Shown: positions 52,301 through 59,217, counted from the stretch's first letter. The stretch: DNA of 64,000 bases from Methanobacteriota archaeon (GCA_020696385.1 JAEHCQ010000001.1:96001-160000), one strand, 5' to 3'. Program-made: numbers and translations. The notes: a model not told the origin generated them from the letters alone.

Positions 52301-55039
52301 GCTGGCGATCCACAGGTTTGTAATGAGGAAGAACTCATAATACTGGATGGATCTGGTTCTACCGAACCTGGCGACGATATCGTCCTTTACGAATGGGACT
52401 TCGATGATGATGGAACATATGACTTCAGTTCCAGCAACTTCTGGGCCATAAACATCTGGAGCCTACCAGGAACTCATATTGTGACGCTCAGGGTGACAGA
52501 TGCGGATGGATCTTCGGATATGTCGTTGACGACGATTGTCGTCAACGACATAGCTCCTGTTGCAGTAGCTGGCGGACCTTACCAGGGTTCGGAAGGCCAG
52601 ACCGTTTCATTCAGTGCCGAGGCATCTTATGAGCCTGGTGATGATATCATTCTCTATGAATGGGATTGGAACAATGACGGAGTTTATGAGGATAGCTTTG
52701 CCACCTCGGGTGTGACACATACCTGGGACTCGGCTGGCACCTACATAATACGCCTCATGGTGACAGATGTGGATGGTTCCACGAATATCGCCACGACCAC
52801 GGTGGAGATCATGGATATTGCCCCGGTCGCCATGCCAGGCGGACCGTATTCCGAAACTGAAGGAACAGCCATTAACTTCGATGCTTCAGCCTCTTATGAG
52901 CCTGGAAATGATATAATTCTGTATGAATGGGACTTTGATAATGATGGGGTATTTGATTCCATATCCGGAGATCCAATGTCTTTCTGGACATGGGACTCAG
53001 CAGGTGTTTCCAATATCCTTCTCAGGGTCACGGATTCGGATGGATCAACAGATACCGCGACGGTCATTGTCACTGTTTTGGATGTGGCTCCTGTCGCGGT
53101 GCTCGGAGGACCTTACACCACGGATGAAGGAATATCCATAAGGTTCGATGCTTCAGCCTCTTATGAGCCTGGAAATGATATCGTTCTGTATGAATGGGAT
53201 ATAGATAATGATGGAGCATATGATGTTTCATCATCCGACCCATGGACAGACCATACCTGGAACACGGCCGATGTCTACGTCATCGGCCTTCGTGTGACTG
53301 ATTCGGATGGTTCACACGATGAGATCACCGTGACAGTCACTGTCAATGATCAGGCTCCTGTCGCGATAGCGGGTGGACCATATTCATGCAATGAGGGCGA
53401 ACTCCTTGTACTGGATGCTGGAGATTCTACAGAACCTGGAGATAATATCATATCGTACGAATGGGATATGGACAATGACGGGGTCTTTGAAGAGAGTTAT
53501 ACCATACCTTATCTCATGCACACGTGGTACACACCAGGAACTTACACAGTGGGACTCATGGTCACAGATACAGATGGTTCTACAGATACTATCACCCTGG
53601 ATGTCCTTGTACAGAACATCGCCCCGGTGGCGGATCTATCCGGACCTTATCAGGGATCGGAAGGGCAATTGATATCATTCAATGCCGAGGCCTCCTATGA
53701 GATCGGTGATGACATCGTTCTGTATGAATGGGATTGGAACAATGATGGAGCATATGACATTGAGACCGATGTGGCTGGTGCGAACCATCAATGGGATGAG
53801 CCCGGAACCTACACCCTGCGTCTCAGAGTGACTGATGAAGATGGTTCTTCTGATACGACCACGACCTCTATCGAGATAGGCCATGTGGCTCCGACAGCCG
53901 TACCTGGAGGACCTTATTCATGCAATGAGAGCGAGGTATTGGTATTCGATGTTTCAGCCTCTTATGAGCCTGGTGATGATATCGTCCTGTATGAATGGGA
54001 CCTGGACAATGATGGAATCAATGACGTGGTATCATCACAGCCAGTATGCTCCTATTCCTGGGATTCAGCTGGTCAAGTATCGGTCTATCTGAAGGTGACC
54101 GATTCTGACGGTTCAACCGACATTGTGATATTCTCGGTCATGATATATGACATCGCCCCAACCGCGATGATCGTATCTGGACAATCTGGAGATGAGGCCT
54201 CACCAATGGCCTTCGATGCTTCAGCTTCCCATGAGCCAGGTAATGATATAATTCTGTATGAATGGGATTGGAACGGGGACGGTATCTTCGACCTCATTGA
54301 TCCTTCGCCATGGGCTCAGAATACCTGGTACACACCCGGCAACTATACTGTTTGGCTGAGGGTGACGGACGAGGAAGGATCCTATGACCTGGCAAGCATG
54401 AACATCACCATCGAGGATCTGGATGACATCGATGGCGATGGATTCCTGGATATTTGGGAAGAAGCACTTCATACGGACCCACTGGACCCATATGACATGC
54501 CCATCGATACAGACAATGACGGCATGCCAGATGGGGACCACTACAATAGCCAGATGTGGATGGACAATGATGACGACAATGACGGTGTCCTTGACAGTGG
54601 TGATTCAGCTCCAACCGACGACTCGAAATACAAAGAGCCAACCGCCTGGGATAACTGGTGGTGGCTGGCACTTCTGCTAACTATCATCCTCATACTGTTG
54701 ATCGTACTGATCATCCTGTACCTCATGGAAGAGGAAGAGGAAGAAGAGGAAGAAGAAGAAGAGCTTGATGATGAGGAATTCGAAGAGGAATATGAGGAAG
54801 AGTTCGAAGATGAGCTCGCAATGGGAGCTTATGAAGCTGAAGAACCCGAAATGGAAGTCGATGAGGAACCCGAGATGGAGTTCGAAGAGGAAGAAGCCCT
54901 GGAGATGGATATCGATGAAGAACCATCATTGGACGAAAGGACCCAGATCCTTCTGGAGAAACTGGAAAACCTTTACCAGGATGGAAAGATAAAAGAGGAT
55001 ACATACATCAATAACAAGGAAAAACTGTTGGGGAATTAA
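40328..55039 (+). CDS. Giant 4903-aa type I membrane surface protein (signal peptide, ~18 CARDB-like Ig domains with 4 interrupted by jelly-roll/cleaved-adhesin-like domains, 16 PKD domains, Ca-binding Asp repeats, TM helix, acidic tail, SHOCT-like end)
   Basis: RBS GAGGTGGA; hydrophobic N-terminus; recurring (H/Y)D(I/V)xV...NxG...DExxxND units; four NCWGTDL...(W/V)Y(I/V)DD jelly-roll units; YTWDFGDG x2 and YEWDxxxDG x14; DIDGDG / DTDNDGMPDG / DNDDDNDGVLD; WWWLALLLTIILILLIVLIILYL; poly-Glu; LEKLENLYQDGKIKEDTYINNKEKLL. Confidence 0.95.
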   Translation: MKYAHSRKSSVVACRILAIFLMISLISPGIASASNSLMGNDITSQGLVDIEPVINGMVTNDHDADDGGASLFGAIGDTTNFDHDIEVSNILSPADAGVYPTDAVEINATIKNLGIEESFDVRYEVGYYDNANTIFFQDDMEGGNNGWSHYGFGDEWERGYPSAGPGSAHSGFNCWGTDLNSYYSNNADQWLVSPSIDLTATSTATLSFWMYVNIEGYVWDHAYVYINDGVDHQLYYSGTGSGPHNTAWQYYEYDVSAYTGGMVTLKWRLDTDSSVTYTGVYVDDVTINTTMDSKVILQEGIESVSNLPAGESMNLFGSSYTFTTEGDNFYMDVESLLASDQDTSNDIMTANYTIADIHDVGVSSINYPENGELYPIGMQAVNATVINSGTLTESFLVQCTIRDSSYAIVYSDTESVTGMPYGTESIVTFAPQWNALVEDDYTIEVMTILGTDEDPSNNNLTGSFTIEDIEDVGTSALRSPEIGNFYRDGAVEIDASVINHGNVPRSFITNYTIGTATVTNQNIFVDDFESGAIGWTQTGGIQGQNTIVDENFDGSFPPAGWNVIDYQGWGMTWYRNDMVGSANYAGTGFCADADSSALWGPGVNTGLRTPSFNLVGYTDATLNFSHSYLDFTIGTGDYAEVRVSTNGGFSWSQIAYYNEQHSPFGPGEAVSLSLNAFLGQPSVTVEFHYDDYSWDFWWMVDDVEIIGTSAMSPQWQLGAPAFGDVTNAHGGTNCWGTDLIDNYYPDMSATLTSPSFSLSGTSNERLSFWHTHDFYNTEAGGIVEVSVDNLPWVKIDPIAGDSWYSTSNAFSGADAFTGDTYQDWYQSTYDMTPFNGSNNVRLRFSFQSTSNIACHEGWYIDDVMVTGEIISLNNIIGWGDEMVSNLQPGEEVDVFGNSHIFTSEGMYHIEVKTLLASDEDNSNDIISGFFEIKNVFDVGASVINSPAIGVAYPVGALEINGTVTNFGNVPASFITNYTIGSMNVTSNILYSDDLDSGALGWWTSDGGNEVIYNEEGSGTDSSNWYSTPGDDLFISAGDGFCYDVSSTTGDGISLYSSGNFITFDLSGNAGAVLDMSLDAYLFYGTSSRVKYLGVYGGSTPATSSLIDASSAYTVSNSGSTISWDNINIPSSPYYIKILVGFPSSLNTFAFDNYTFKLTQPGSSFEIGAPSYGDITNANSGANCWGTDLTSNYVPDTTCKVTSPAFDLSTGTDNEKLSFWHTHDFYSSEGGGIVEISTDNSTWTKVDPIAGDTWYSTSNAFSGADAFTGDTYRDWYQSTFDLSPFSGNSDVRARFTFQSSSDPTCNEGWYIDDIVVTGDIIVLSSIIDWGDQMVSNLQPGEGINVFGNTYTFTSEDTYYIQMNTQLATDEDNTNDQVDGFFLIDNLYDVGVVSIDSPLDGGVYGALSVPIEATVENYGNVPVSFITNYTLGNYTLDEISILEDDFEAGAPGWVATGGIMAFDESDIQVISFPTFSSVPTNHPFTFTYPATGAGTIYLDAKDGDFDSTAEYIDVWAETTTGTYIGRGQIGAQNNPNWMPTTPHSWTVSAAQINAWGASGTINIVCSFSSGVNDLGGDNEVRIRLTYPSAVTPWELGVPFNQDITSANSGTNCWGTDLTANYISDSEVTLTSPSFDLTPSMMNEELSFWHSHDFYNTEAGGVVEISTDPAHTTWTKIDPIAGDSYYNSCNAFSGGTAFTGDTYRDWYQSTFDLSAYRSYNDIQIRFNFKSSTSATCHEGWFIDDVNITGVALVGMNVLDTKDEMVVNLQPGEQFNVFGNTFNFTKEEYYWLNVETRLANDEMNSNNYSSSLFEIYNYDDVEIVSIEPFDQNIMYPISIYSPNATISNIGNYYASGFNVTCDIRNGMGTLVYSDTVAISTIMLPGETRTIDFLDWNALTETDYIMTIHIDYALDEDSSNDDLAVGFIIEDVYDVGAYDITGMVNGDTYTTGSYGISTLVRNFGNIPQPSFDTICQITDSLGITVYSNIQTIGLMPDEEAMISFTPTWDAFVEGVYTIDCFTLLAGDEFNTNNGTQITVIINDIYDATVLSIDSHTNGDTYPTGEQRITANIGILGNVPSPSFVVACTVTSSTNNQVYYDEETVPAGLSPGAFVDILFSPFWNVNVEDTYHISVETRLLGDEVPTNDQMDIMIFIDDIYDLGIVSMDPFVNSGSYPIDTYQLEATVQNLGNVPTSGFEEVYFEIQDDMGIPLYNNTVMIGSGLLPGDTETIVVCPEWNASIEGIYYQYATTTMAIDHNTANDDMLIWMEIDDVLDLEVTSIDTFTNAGTYPGGSYTINATLSNLGHLDIMNQLVECKVASSSGTVVYTSQYTLPSLAAGNSTQITFTPDWAINIEDTYIVQVWTALTGDENPGNDLRSMVIYLDNLHDAEALSIETFIDGGVYYADSYFVNGTIWNNGNVPISGFDVSVTVIDSSNTQVYYSTTTISSLLLPGENANVSIQPAWIPTQPDTYRIKLRTTLSGDEVPSNDEIEYMIQIEGHDVGAIDIPGFTNNATYNTGTYQVDGIIKNFGSLQENDVGVTCDVRDSTNAIVFTTTHIIPSINPSEEVAFTFATNWTVAIEDTYTIEVFTTLNYDLITINDLTSRSIIIDDLHDIAVISSAPFVEGGTYSAGTYSINVTLDNLGDIDEANVLVNCTIVDSLSTIVYSSEFTIPSISNMQTISFTPDWNAMILDDYTMTISVIFPTDENAANDILTVNFTIGIYHDIAMIGTPTFLDGGIYPTGSYAMKAVIENIGTETESPVFIACEIFDSSNTSVYMSLGGVGIVNSGDQAEATIGLIWNALIEGDYTIKLDAILPTDQNMANNQFIISISIDDKHDIAVTDIQTFLDGGIYSTGTYTINATVENAGTSLENNIMVNCTIRDSLNVIVYSSEYTITSMDWGTSMDIIFLPNWTANIEEDYTISVTSYLAIDDDNTNNQTLNTFTIDEFHDIVVTGMGPFTEGSSYNQGDYNITADIVNNGSIEDTNILINCTVTDGIGTIVYWDEVTVASLLSGENTTVTFLPWTADSEDNFTITITSSLANDDNTINDVMACHIVIDDYHDIALTGFGPFIDGGVYQTGTNTMTASITNMGTIAEIDITVNCIIYDSTMSIVYFRNSFIPLINPGQTIIVTFSPDWTANIEDDYRIYYECWHPLDDDPTNDIENIYITVDEYHDIGLTTTQPFADLGVYPAGTYTIDVSIENLGTIDEYGMEVVCMIIDSSSGVVYSQNLTIAFIAMGDTMIITFIPDWIPSADDSYTLIATVGLANDENIINDQHSTLFYIDMTPPTADPGPDDFTFEDSIYFFDGTGSYDQHGIMNYTWDFGDGQIGYGPAPDHTYSLQGIYFINLTVADAMGLTDTNMMTLMVNNVNPTADAGMDISIPEGDIVNFDASNSTDTISDIPTLVYTWDFGDGNTSNLMTPAHTYYSSGTYMVTLEVMDDDGAISYAYINVTVINVGPIAVPGGPYMDDEGTIISFDASGSYEPGSDIILYEWDWNNDGIYDESSVGPSANHTWYAAGVYAISLKVTDEDGHSHETGTNVTINDVAPVSVHGGPYSGNEGTIITFNGSSSYEPGDDITLYEWDLDNDGTFETIGMEVSMSWFTAGVYTVGLRVTDEDGSSDISTTTVDVIDVAPVAIIIGGSIVVEEGESIILDGSNSYEPGDDIILYEWDMDNDGTFDHTSISPLFVNNWGAPGTYTVLLQVTDEDGSVGNETTMIIISNVMPIADPSGPYQGSEGQAISFNAGASYEPGDDIILYEWDWNNDGVYDESSAVPGITHQWDVPGTYTLRLMVTDDDGTTDMAMTTVVVHNVAPIPVPGGPYSDLEGAAIVFDASGSIEPGDDILLYEWDFDNDGIFDSISGSPLSSMTWYSAGMFNVLLRVTDADGSSGMATVMVTISDVAPVAVLGGPYTGDEASSVMLDASASSEIGNDIILYEWDWNNDGTYDFSSSNPWAANTWYTSGAYTVWLKVTDEEGSIDLSSAVVNVNDIAPTADAGDPQVCNEEELIILDGSGSTEPGDDIVLYEWDFDDDGTYDFSSSNFWAINIWSLPGTHIVTLRVTDADGSSDMSLTTIVVNDIAPVAVAGGPYQGSEGQTVSFSAEASYEPGDDIILYEWDWNNDGVYEDSFATSGVTHTWDSAGTYIIRLMVTDVDGSTNIATTTVEIMDIAPVAMPGGPYSETEGTAINFDASASYEPGNDIILYEWDFDNDGVFDSISGDPMSFWTWDSAGVSNILLRVTDSDGSTDTATVIVTVLDVAPVAVLGGPYTTDEGISIRFDASASYEPGNDIVLYEWDIDNDGAYDVSSSDPWTDHTWNTADVYVIGLRVTDSDGSHDEITVTVTVNDQAPVAIAGGPYSCNEGELLVLDAGDSTEPGDNIISYEWDMDNDGVFEESYTIPYLMHTWYTPGTYTVGLMVTDTDGSTDTITLDVLVQNIAPVADLSGPYQGSEGQLISFNAEASYEIGDDIVLYEWDWNNDGAYDIETDVAGANHQWDEPGTYTLRLRVTDEDGSSDTTTTSIEIGHVAPTAVPGGPYSCNESEVLVFDVSASYEPGDDIVLYEWDLDNDGINDVVSSQPVCSYSWDSAGQVSVYLKVTDSDGSTDIVIFSVMIYDIAPTAMIVSGQSGDEASPMAFDASASHEPGNDIILYEWDWNGDGIFDLIDPSPWAQNTWYTPGNYTVWLRVTDEEGSYDLASMNITIEDLDDIDGDGFLDIWEEALHTDPLDPYDMPIDTDNDGMPDGDHYNSQMWMDNDDDNDGVLDSGDSAPTDDSKYKEPTAWDNWWWLALLLTIILILLIVLIILYLMEEEEEEEEEEEELDDEEFEEEYEEEFEDELAMGAYEAEEPEMEVDEEPEMEFEEEEALEMDIDEEPSLDERTQILLEKLENLYQDGKIKEDTYINNKEKLLGN
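45770..50160 (+). repeat. 13 tandem ~113-aa CARDB-like coding repeats
   Basis: Counted from unit starts DDVEIV, YDVGAY, YDATVL, YDLGIV, LDLEVT, HDAEAL, HDVGAI, HDIAVI, HDIAMI, HDIAVT, HDIVVT, HDIALT, HDIGLT. Confidence 0.85.
50170..54420 (+). repeat. 16 tandem PKD-domain coding repeats (~267 bp, 89 aa)
   Basis: Two WDFGDG units followed by 14 YEWDxxxDG...VTDxxG units. Confidence 0.9.
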
Positions 55040-55134
55040 TAGAGCCTATCTCTTTCGATCAAAAGCAGGAACACGCCCTCGTGAAATTACGTAACCATTA
55101 TTAGATAGAACGAAATGACCATCCTGGGATTAAT

Positions 55135-55521
55135 ATGTCATGGCAACAAGCTGAAGTAAGGACTCTGAAAGTAGGTAGATACGTCATAATAGACGACGTG
55201 CCCTGTAAGATAACATCTTACAGCGCATCCAAGCCAGGAAAGCACGGTGAGGCTAAGGCTAGGGTAGAAGGCTCTGATATTTTTTCAGGACAAAAAAAGA
55301 GCTTCGTGAGTCCAGTCACTCATAAGATCAAAGTACCGATGATCGACAAGAGGGGCGCACAGATAATCGCGATACAGGGTGAGGAAGTTCAGTTGATGGA
55401 CCTTGAAACCTATGAGATGTTCAATGTTCCGATCCCGGAGGAACATGCGGATGCACTGGAACCTGGAAAGGAAGTACAGTACCTCATAGCCATGGATAGG
55501 AAAAAGATCACCAAAGTGTGA
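55135..55521 (+). CDS. eif5a: Archaeal translation factor aIF5A (eIF-5A)
   Basis: 128 aa with the SKPGKHGEAK hypusination-site motif and QLMDLETYE. Confidence 0.97.
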   Translation: MSWQQAEVRTLKVGRYVIIDDVPCKITSYSASKPGKHGEAKARVEGSDIFSGQKKSFVSPVTHKIKVPMIDKRGAQIIAIQGEEVQLMDLETYEMFNVPIPEEHADALEPGKEVQYLIAMDRKKITKV

Positions 55522-56351
55522 GCATGAAATTCGCGGATGCTGATTCTGATTTTGATAGTGCGCGATTCATTATATTCGGCGCTCCGATAGATGTATCTGG
55601 TAGCCACAGGCCTGGTTGTGGTCTGGCTCCGGAAACTATACGTGCGGAATCATTCAATTTTGAAACATATCTGTATGATCTTGAAGTGGATCTCATACAG
55701 TCAAGTATATGCGATCACGGAGACTTTGATACCCCCTCTGAAATTGAGAAGGCTGCTCGAAAGATCGCTTCCGCCGGCAAGTTCCCGATGGCCATGGGTG
55801 GCGAGCATTCGATCACTCCTTCGATCATATCCGGATTCGATCCCGAAGGTCTTTCTGTTTTAGTTTTTGACGCTCACCTGGATTTCAGGGATTCATATGA
55901 GTATGATAAGAATAGTCACGCCTGCGCGACCAGGCGCATATCCGAGATAATTGGCGTGGAGAATGTTGTTCCGATCGGTATTCGCTCCATATGCTCCGAG
56001 GAATTGGAGGATGCGCGAAAAGCCGGCCTTACCTATCTCACGGTGGATGCTTTCCGTGAGAATGAGCTATCAGTTCTTCTTACCTATCTGGATGGACTGC
56101 TTTCAGATAAGATATACATATCATTGGACATGGATGCTATCGATCCCTCTTTCGCTCCAGGGGTGGGCACTCCAGAACCTTTTGGACTTTCACCATTGAT
56201 GGTCAGGGATATCATCCGTCATTTTGCAGATCGTCTTGTGGGCTTCGATGTCGTGGAAGTTTGCCCGCCAGTGGATAATGGCAACACATCGGCATTGGCT
56301 GCCAAGCTGATGAGGGATGTGATCGGTTGTGTTTCTAAAAATACAGATTAG
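55518..56351 (+). CDS. speB: Agmatinase (ureohydrolase/arginase family); start may be the ATG at 55524
   Basis: GGEHSIT, FDAHLD, SLDMDAIDPSFAPGVGTPEPFG and DVVEVCP motifs; GTGA overlap with the eIF5A stop. Confidence 0.93.
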   Translation: MSMKFADADSDFDSARFIIFGAPIDVSGSHRPGCGLAPETIRAESFNFETYLYDLEVDLIQSSICDHGDFDTPSEIEKAARKIASAGKFPMAMGGEHSITPSIISGFDPEGLSVLVFDAHLDFRDSYEYDKNSHACATRRISEIIGVENVVPIGIRSICSEELEDARKAGLTYLTVDAFRENELSVLLTYLDGLLSDKIYISLDMDAIDPSFAPGVGTPEPFGLSPLMVRDIIRHFADRLVGFDVVEVCPPVDNGNTSALAAKLMRDVIGCVSKNTD

Positions 56352-56367
56352 ATATTTGCCCAAATGC

Positions 56368-56375
56368 TTTATATA
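56368..56375 (+). promoter_or_regulatory. TATA box of the glycosylation operon
   Basis: CAAATGC-TTTATATA about 50 bp upstream of the ATG at 56424; AGGTG RBS just before the start. Confidence 0.6.
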
Positions 56376-56423
56376 TAGGTAAAGTGTATAATATTAAAGA
56401 ATTATATATATTGCAGGTGTCCA

Positions 56424-57179
56424 ATGAGCTCAGATTTCACCCTGGATAAATACTCAGAGCTTTGCTCTTCCCTCATCAAGAACTACGAGGTCGTGAGAAT
56501 CTGTGATTTTCTTATGGCTCCTTCAGATGATGATATCGTGCTGCTGAGGCATGATGTGGACAAGTACCCGGACAGGGCTCTTAGAATGGCGAGCCTGGAG
56601 GCGGAGCACGATATATTCTCAACTTATTATTTCAGAATGGTTCCAGAGATATTTGTACCAGATATCATAAAGGAAATTGAAGAAATGGGGCATGAGATCG
56701 GCTATCATTACGAGGTCATGGACAAGACGGATGGCAGTTTAAGCGAGGCAATTGAGATCTTTGGACAAGATCTTATTCAATTAAGGGAGATCGCGGATGT
56801 CAAGACCGCGTGCATGCACGGCAGTGTGATGAAGAAATGGAAGAACCTGGATATCTGGGATAGATGCGAGCTATCTGATTTTGATCTTATTGGCGAGCCT
56901 TATCTTTCACTGGATTTCTCCAAGATGGCGTATTACACCGATACAGGGCGCAGATGGGATGGTTGCGCGATAGACGATTGTGTCGAAGGCAATATCGCCC
57001 ATCCTGTGAAAGTCACGAACGGGCTCATCAAAATAATTGATGAGCAGGTATTCGATAAGATGATGATACTCACCCACCCCCAGAGGTGGTGTGAGAAGGG
57101 ATCGGAATGGACAAAAGAGCTTGTGGGCCAGAATATCAAAAATGTGGGCAAGCGGATCATCAAAAGGGGGAGACAATGA
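56424..57179 (+). CDS. Polysaccharide deacetylase-like (NodB/CE4-fold) protein
   Basis: LLRHDVD, GHEIGYHYE, MHG, YYTDTGRRW and LTHPQRW motifs typical of archaeal glycan-cluster deacetylase-like proteins. Confidence 0.8.
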   Translation: MSSDFTLDKYSELCSSLIKNYEVVRICDFLMAPSDDDIVLLRHDVDKYPDRALRMASLEAEHDIFSTYYFRMVPEIFVPDIIKEIEEMGHEIGYHYEVMDKTDGSLSEAIEIFGQDLIQLREIADVKTACMHGSVMKKWKNLDIWDRCELSDFDLIGEPYLSLDFSKMAYYTDTGRRWDGCAIDDCVEGNIAHPVKVTNGLIKIIDEQVFDKMMILTHPQRWCEKGSEWTKELVGQNIKNVGKRIIKRGRQ

Positions 57180-58207
57180 GGATCCTGGTCGATATCGGAC
57201 ACCCGGCGCATGTGCATCAATTCAAGAACATGATACGGGGTCTTGAGGCCGAGGGTCATGAATTCAAGATTACTGCTCGTGATAAAGAGATGAGCATTGG
57301 CTTGCTTGATGCTTATGGCTTTGATTATGTTAGTCTTGGAAAGCCCTCGAAGGGCATTGTGGCCAAGACAGTTGGAGCCGCGAGAACGGATAAGCGATTA
57401 TTGTCGATTGCGAAGGAATTCAAACCCGATGTCCTTGTTGGGGGCAGTGGGAACCTGTATGTCGCTCATGTGGGCTGGCTTATTAAAAAAAGATCAATCA
57501 TCTTTGAGGATTCCGAACCAGAACAGAAGATCAAATTCGCCTATGAGCCGATGGTGACCAATATCTGTGTTCCAGAGGGTTTCAAAGGAAGTGTGAATTC
57601 CAAATACGTACGAGTGAAGAGCTACAAGGAATTGGCCTATCTACATCCGGATAATTTCACACCAGATATTAGTGTTCTTGAGCGAGCTGGCATTGTTGAA
57701 GGAGAAAGGTTTACATTAGTCCGATTCGTAGGTTGGGAGGCCGGCCACGACACCATGAAGAAAGGCCTGGATCTAGCTATGAAGATAGAGCTTGTGGAGA
57801 AATTGTCCAAGCATGTCAAGGTTCTGATATCATCCGAGGGCGAATTGCCTGAGGAGTTGAAGAGATACCAGATGACCATCAAACCTCACGAGGTGCATGA
57901 TCTGATGAGCTTCGCTTCTCTTATCGTGACAGATGGCCAGACCATGGCCACCGAGGGCGCGGTCCTTGGAATTCCGGTGGTGAGATCCGGTGCTTTTGTC
58001 GGTTCCATGTCCAATTTCGATGAACTGGAAAATGATTATGGGCTGATGTTCTCCATCAAGGAAGGGGCGGAGGCCGTGGCCAAGGCTCTGGAGCTTATTT
58101 CAGATTCTGGGCTTTTGGAGGAGTGGCAGATTAAGAGGCAGAAGCTGCTTGATGACAAGATCGATATGTCCAAGTTCATGATGGACTTCATTCTGGAGGG
58201 TGGCTAG
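57176..58207 (+). CDS. DUF354 family GT-B-fold protein
   Basis: True start is likely the ATG at 57176 (ATGA overlap), giving MRILVDIGHPAHVH; also ELAYLHP, RFVGWEAGHD and TMATEGAVLGIP. Confidence 0.85.
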   Translation: MRILVDIGHPAHVHQFKNMIRGLEAEGHEFKITARDKEMSIGLLDAYGFDYVSLGKPSKGIVAKTVGAARTDKRLLSIAKEFKPDVLVGGSGNLYVAHVGWLIKKRSIIFEDSEPEQKIKFAYEPMVTNICVPEGFKGSVNSKYVRVKSYKELAYLHPDNFTPDISVLERAGIVEGERFTLVRFVGWEAGHDTMKKGLDLAMKIELVEKLSKHVKVLISSEGELPEELKRYQMTIKPHEVHDLMSFASLIVTDGQTMATEGAVLGIPVVRSGAFVGSMSNFDELENDYGLMFSIKEGAEAVAKALELISDSGLLEEWQIKRQKLLDDKIDMSKFMMDFILEGG

Positions 58208-59214
58208 TGGACATCCTTCTTATCAACAATAGCAGGAAGGGATTGGGCGGCACCGCCAGTTACACCAGGCAGATGCAGAAGCATTTCAAGGCCGATCTTT
58301 TAGAACCGGAAGATGAAATGAGTGATATCAGATTCCTTATCAAGCTAATGTTAATGAAAAAGCCTTCCGGGAAGGTGATCCACGCCCAGCTTCCGATCTA
58401 CGCATTACCCTTTTCTTTCAGAAAGAGGAATAAGATCGTGATCACCCTGCATGGGGACAATATGAAGGCGATGACCAGGAAACACGGTCGCTTCATTGGT
58501 AACATGTACAGGATAATGGAATTCATGGCTCTGCGCCGTTCTGATCGGATCATCGCTGTCGATGATTCTACTTCTTCAGCTTATTCAAAAAGGGATCCGA
58601 ACCTGGGGATCATAACGATCCCGGTTGGCATAGACCTGAACCATTTCAAGCTCCTGGACAAGGATAAGGCAAGAACGAAGTTCAGTCTCACTGGCAAGGT
58701 CATCATGTACGTCGGCAGGCTGAGAGCGGATAAAGGTGTGGACATTCTGATCAAGGCGCATGAACTTGTCAGGAAGCAAGTTCATGATCTCGAGCTCGTG
58801 ATAGTTGGTGAGGGTAAGGACTCTGCCAGTCTGAAGGAAATGGCTGGTGATGATGTCAAATTCTTTGGCTTCAGAAAAGCTCAAGAAATTCCAGAGATAA
58901 TGAACTGCGCGGATGTGTTCGTCATTCCCTCTCTGTATGAGTCCGGCCCCCTTGTAGTTCCAGAAGCCATGGCTTGTGGTGTTCCGTGTGTGGGCACGGA
59001 TGTCGGGCGCATGAGGGAATTTATCAGTGATGATAGGTGCGGGAGGATCATCGATAGGAATGTGGAAGCGGTTGCCAGTATGATCATCGAAGTTATCAAA
59101 GCTGGAGATTCGAGAGAACATTGCAATAAAGCGGCCCAGGAATTCGGATTCGCCAAAACAGCGGACGAAACATTAAAAATCTACGAGAGTTTATTCATAC
59201 AAGGAAGTGCCTGA
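58207..59214 (+). CDS. Glycosyltransferase family 4
   Basis: YVGRL..DKG and PSLYESGPLVVPEAMACG (EX7E). Confidence 0.92.
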   Translation: MDILLINNSRKGLGGTASYTRQMQKHFKADLLEPEDEMSDIRFLIKLMLMKKPSGKVIHAQLPIYALPFSFRKRNKIVITLHGDNMKAMTRKHGRFIGNMYRIMEFMALRRSDRIIAVDDSTSSAYSKRDPNLGIITIPVGIDLNHFKLLDKDKARTKFSLTGKVIMYVGRLRADKGVDILIKAHELVRKQVHDLELVIVGEGKDSASLKEMAGDDVKFFGFRKAQEIPEIMNCADVFVIPSLYESGPLVVPEAMACGVPCVGTDVGRMREFISDDRCGRIIDRNVEAVASMIIEVIKAGDSREHCNKAAQEFGFAKTADETLKIYESLFIQGSA

Positions 59215-59217
59215 GCG

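Noticed and set aside
57107-57175. Extended N-termini given by the ORF track for 57107..58207 and 60819..62018
   Set aside because: The family-typical N-termini begin at ATG 57176 and ATG 60867; the extensions overlap the upstream genes.
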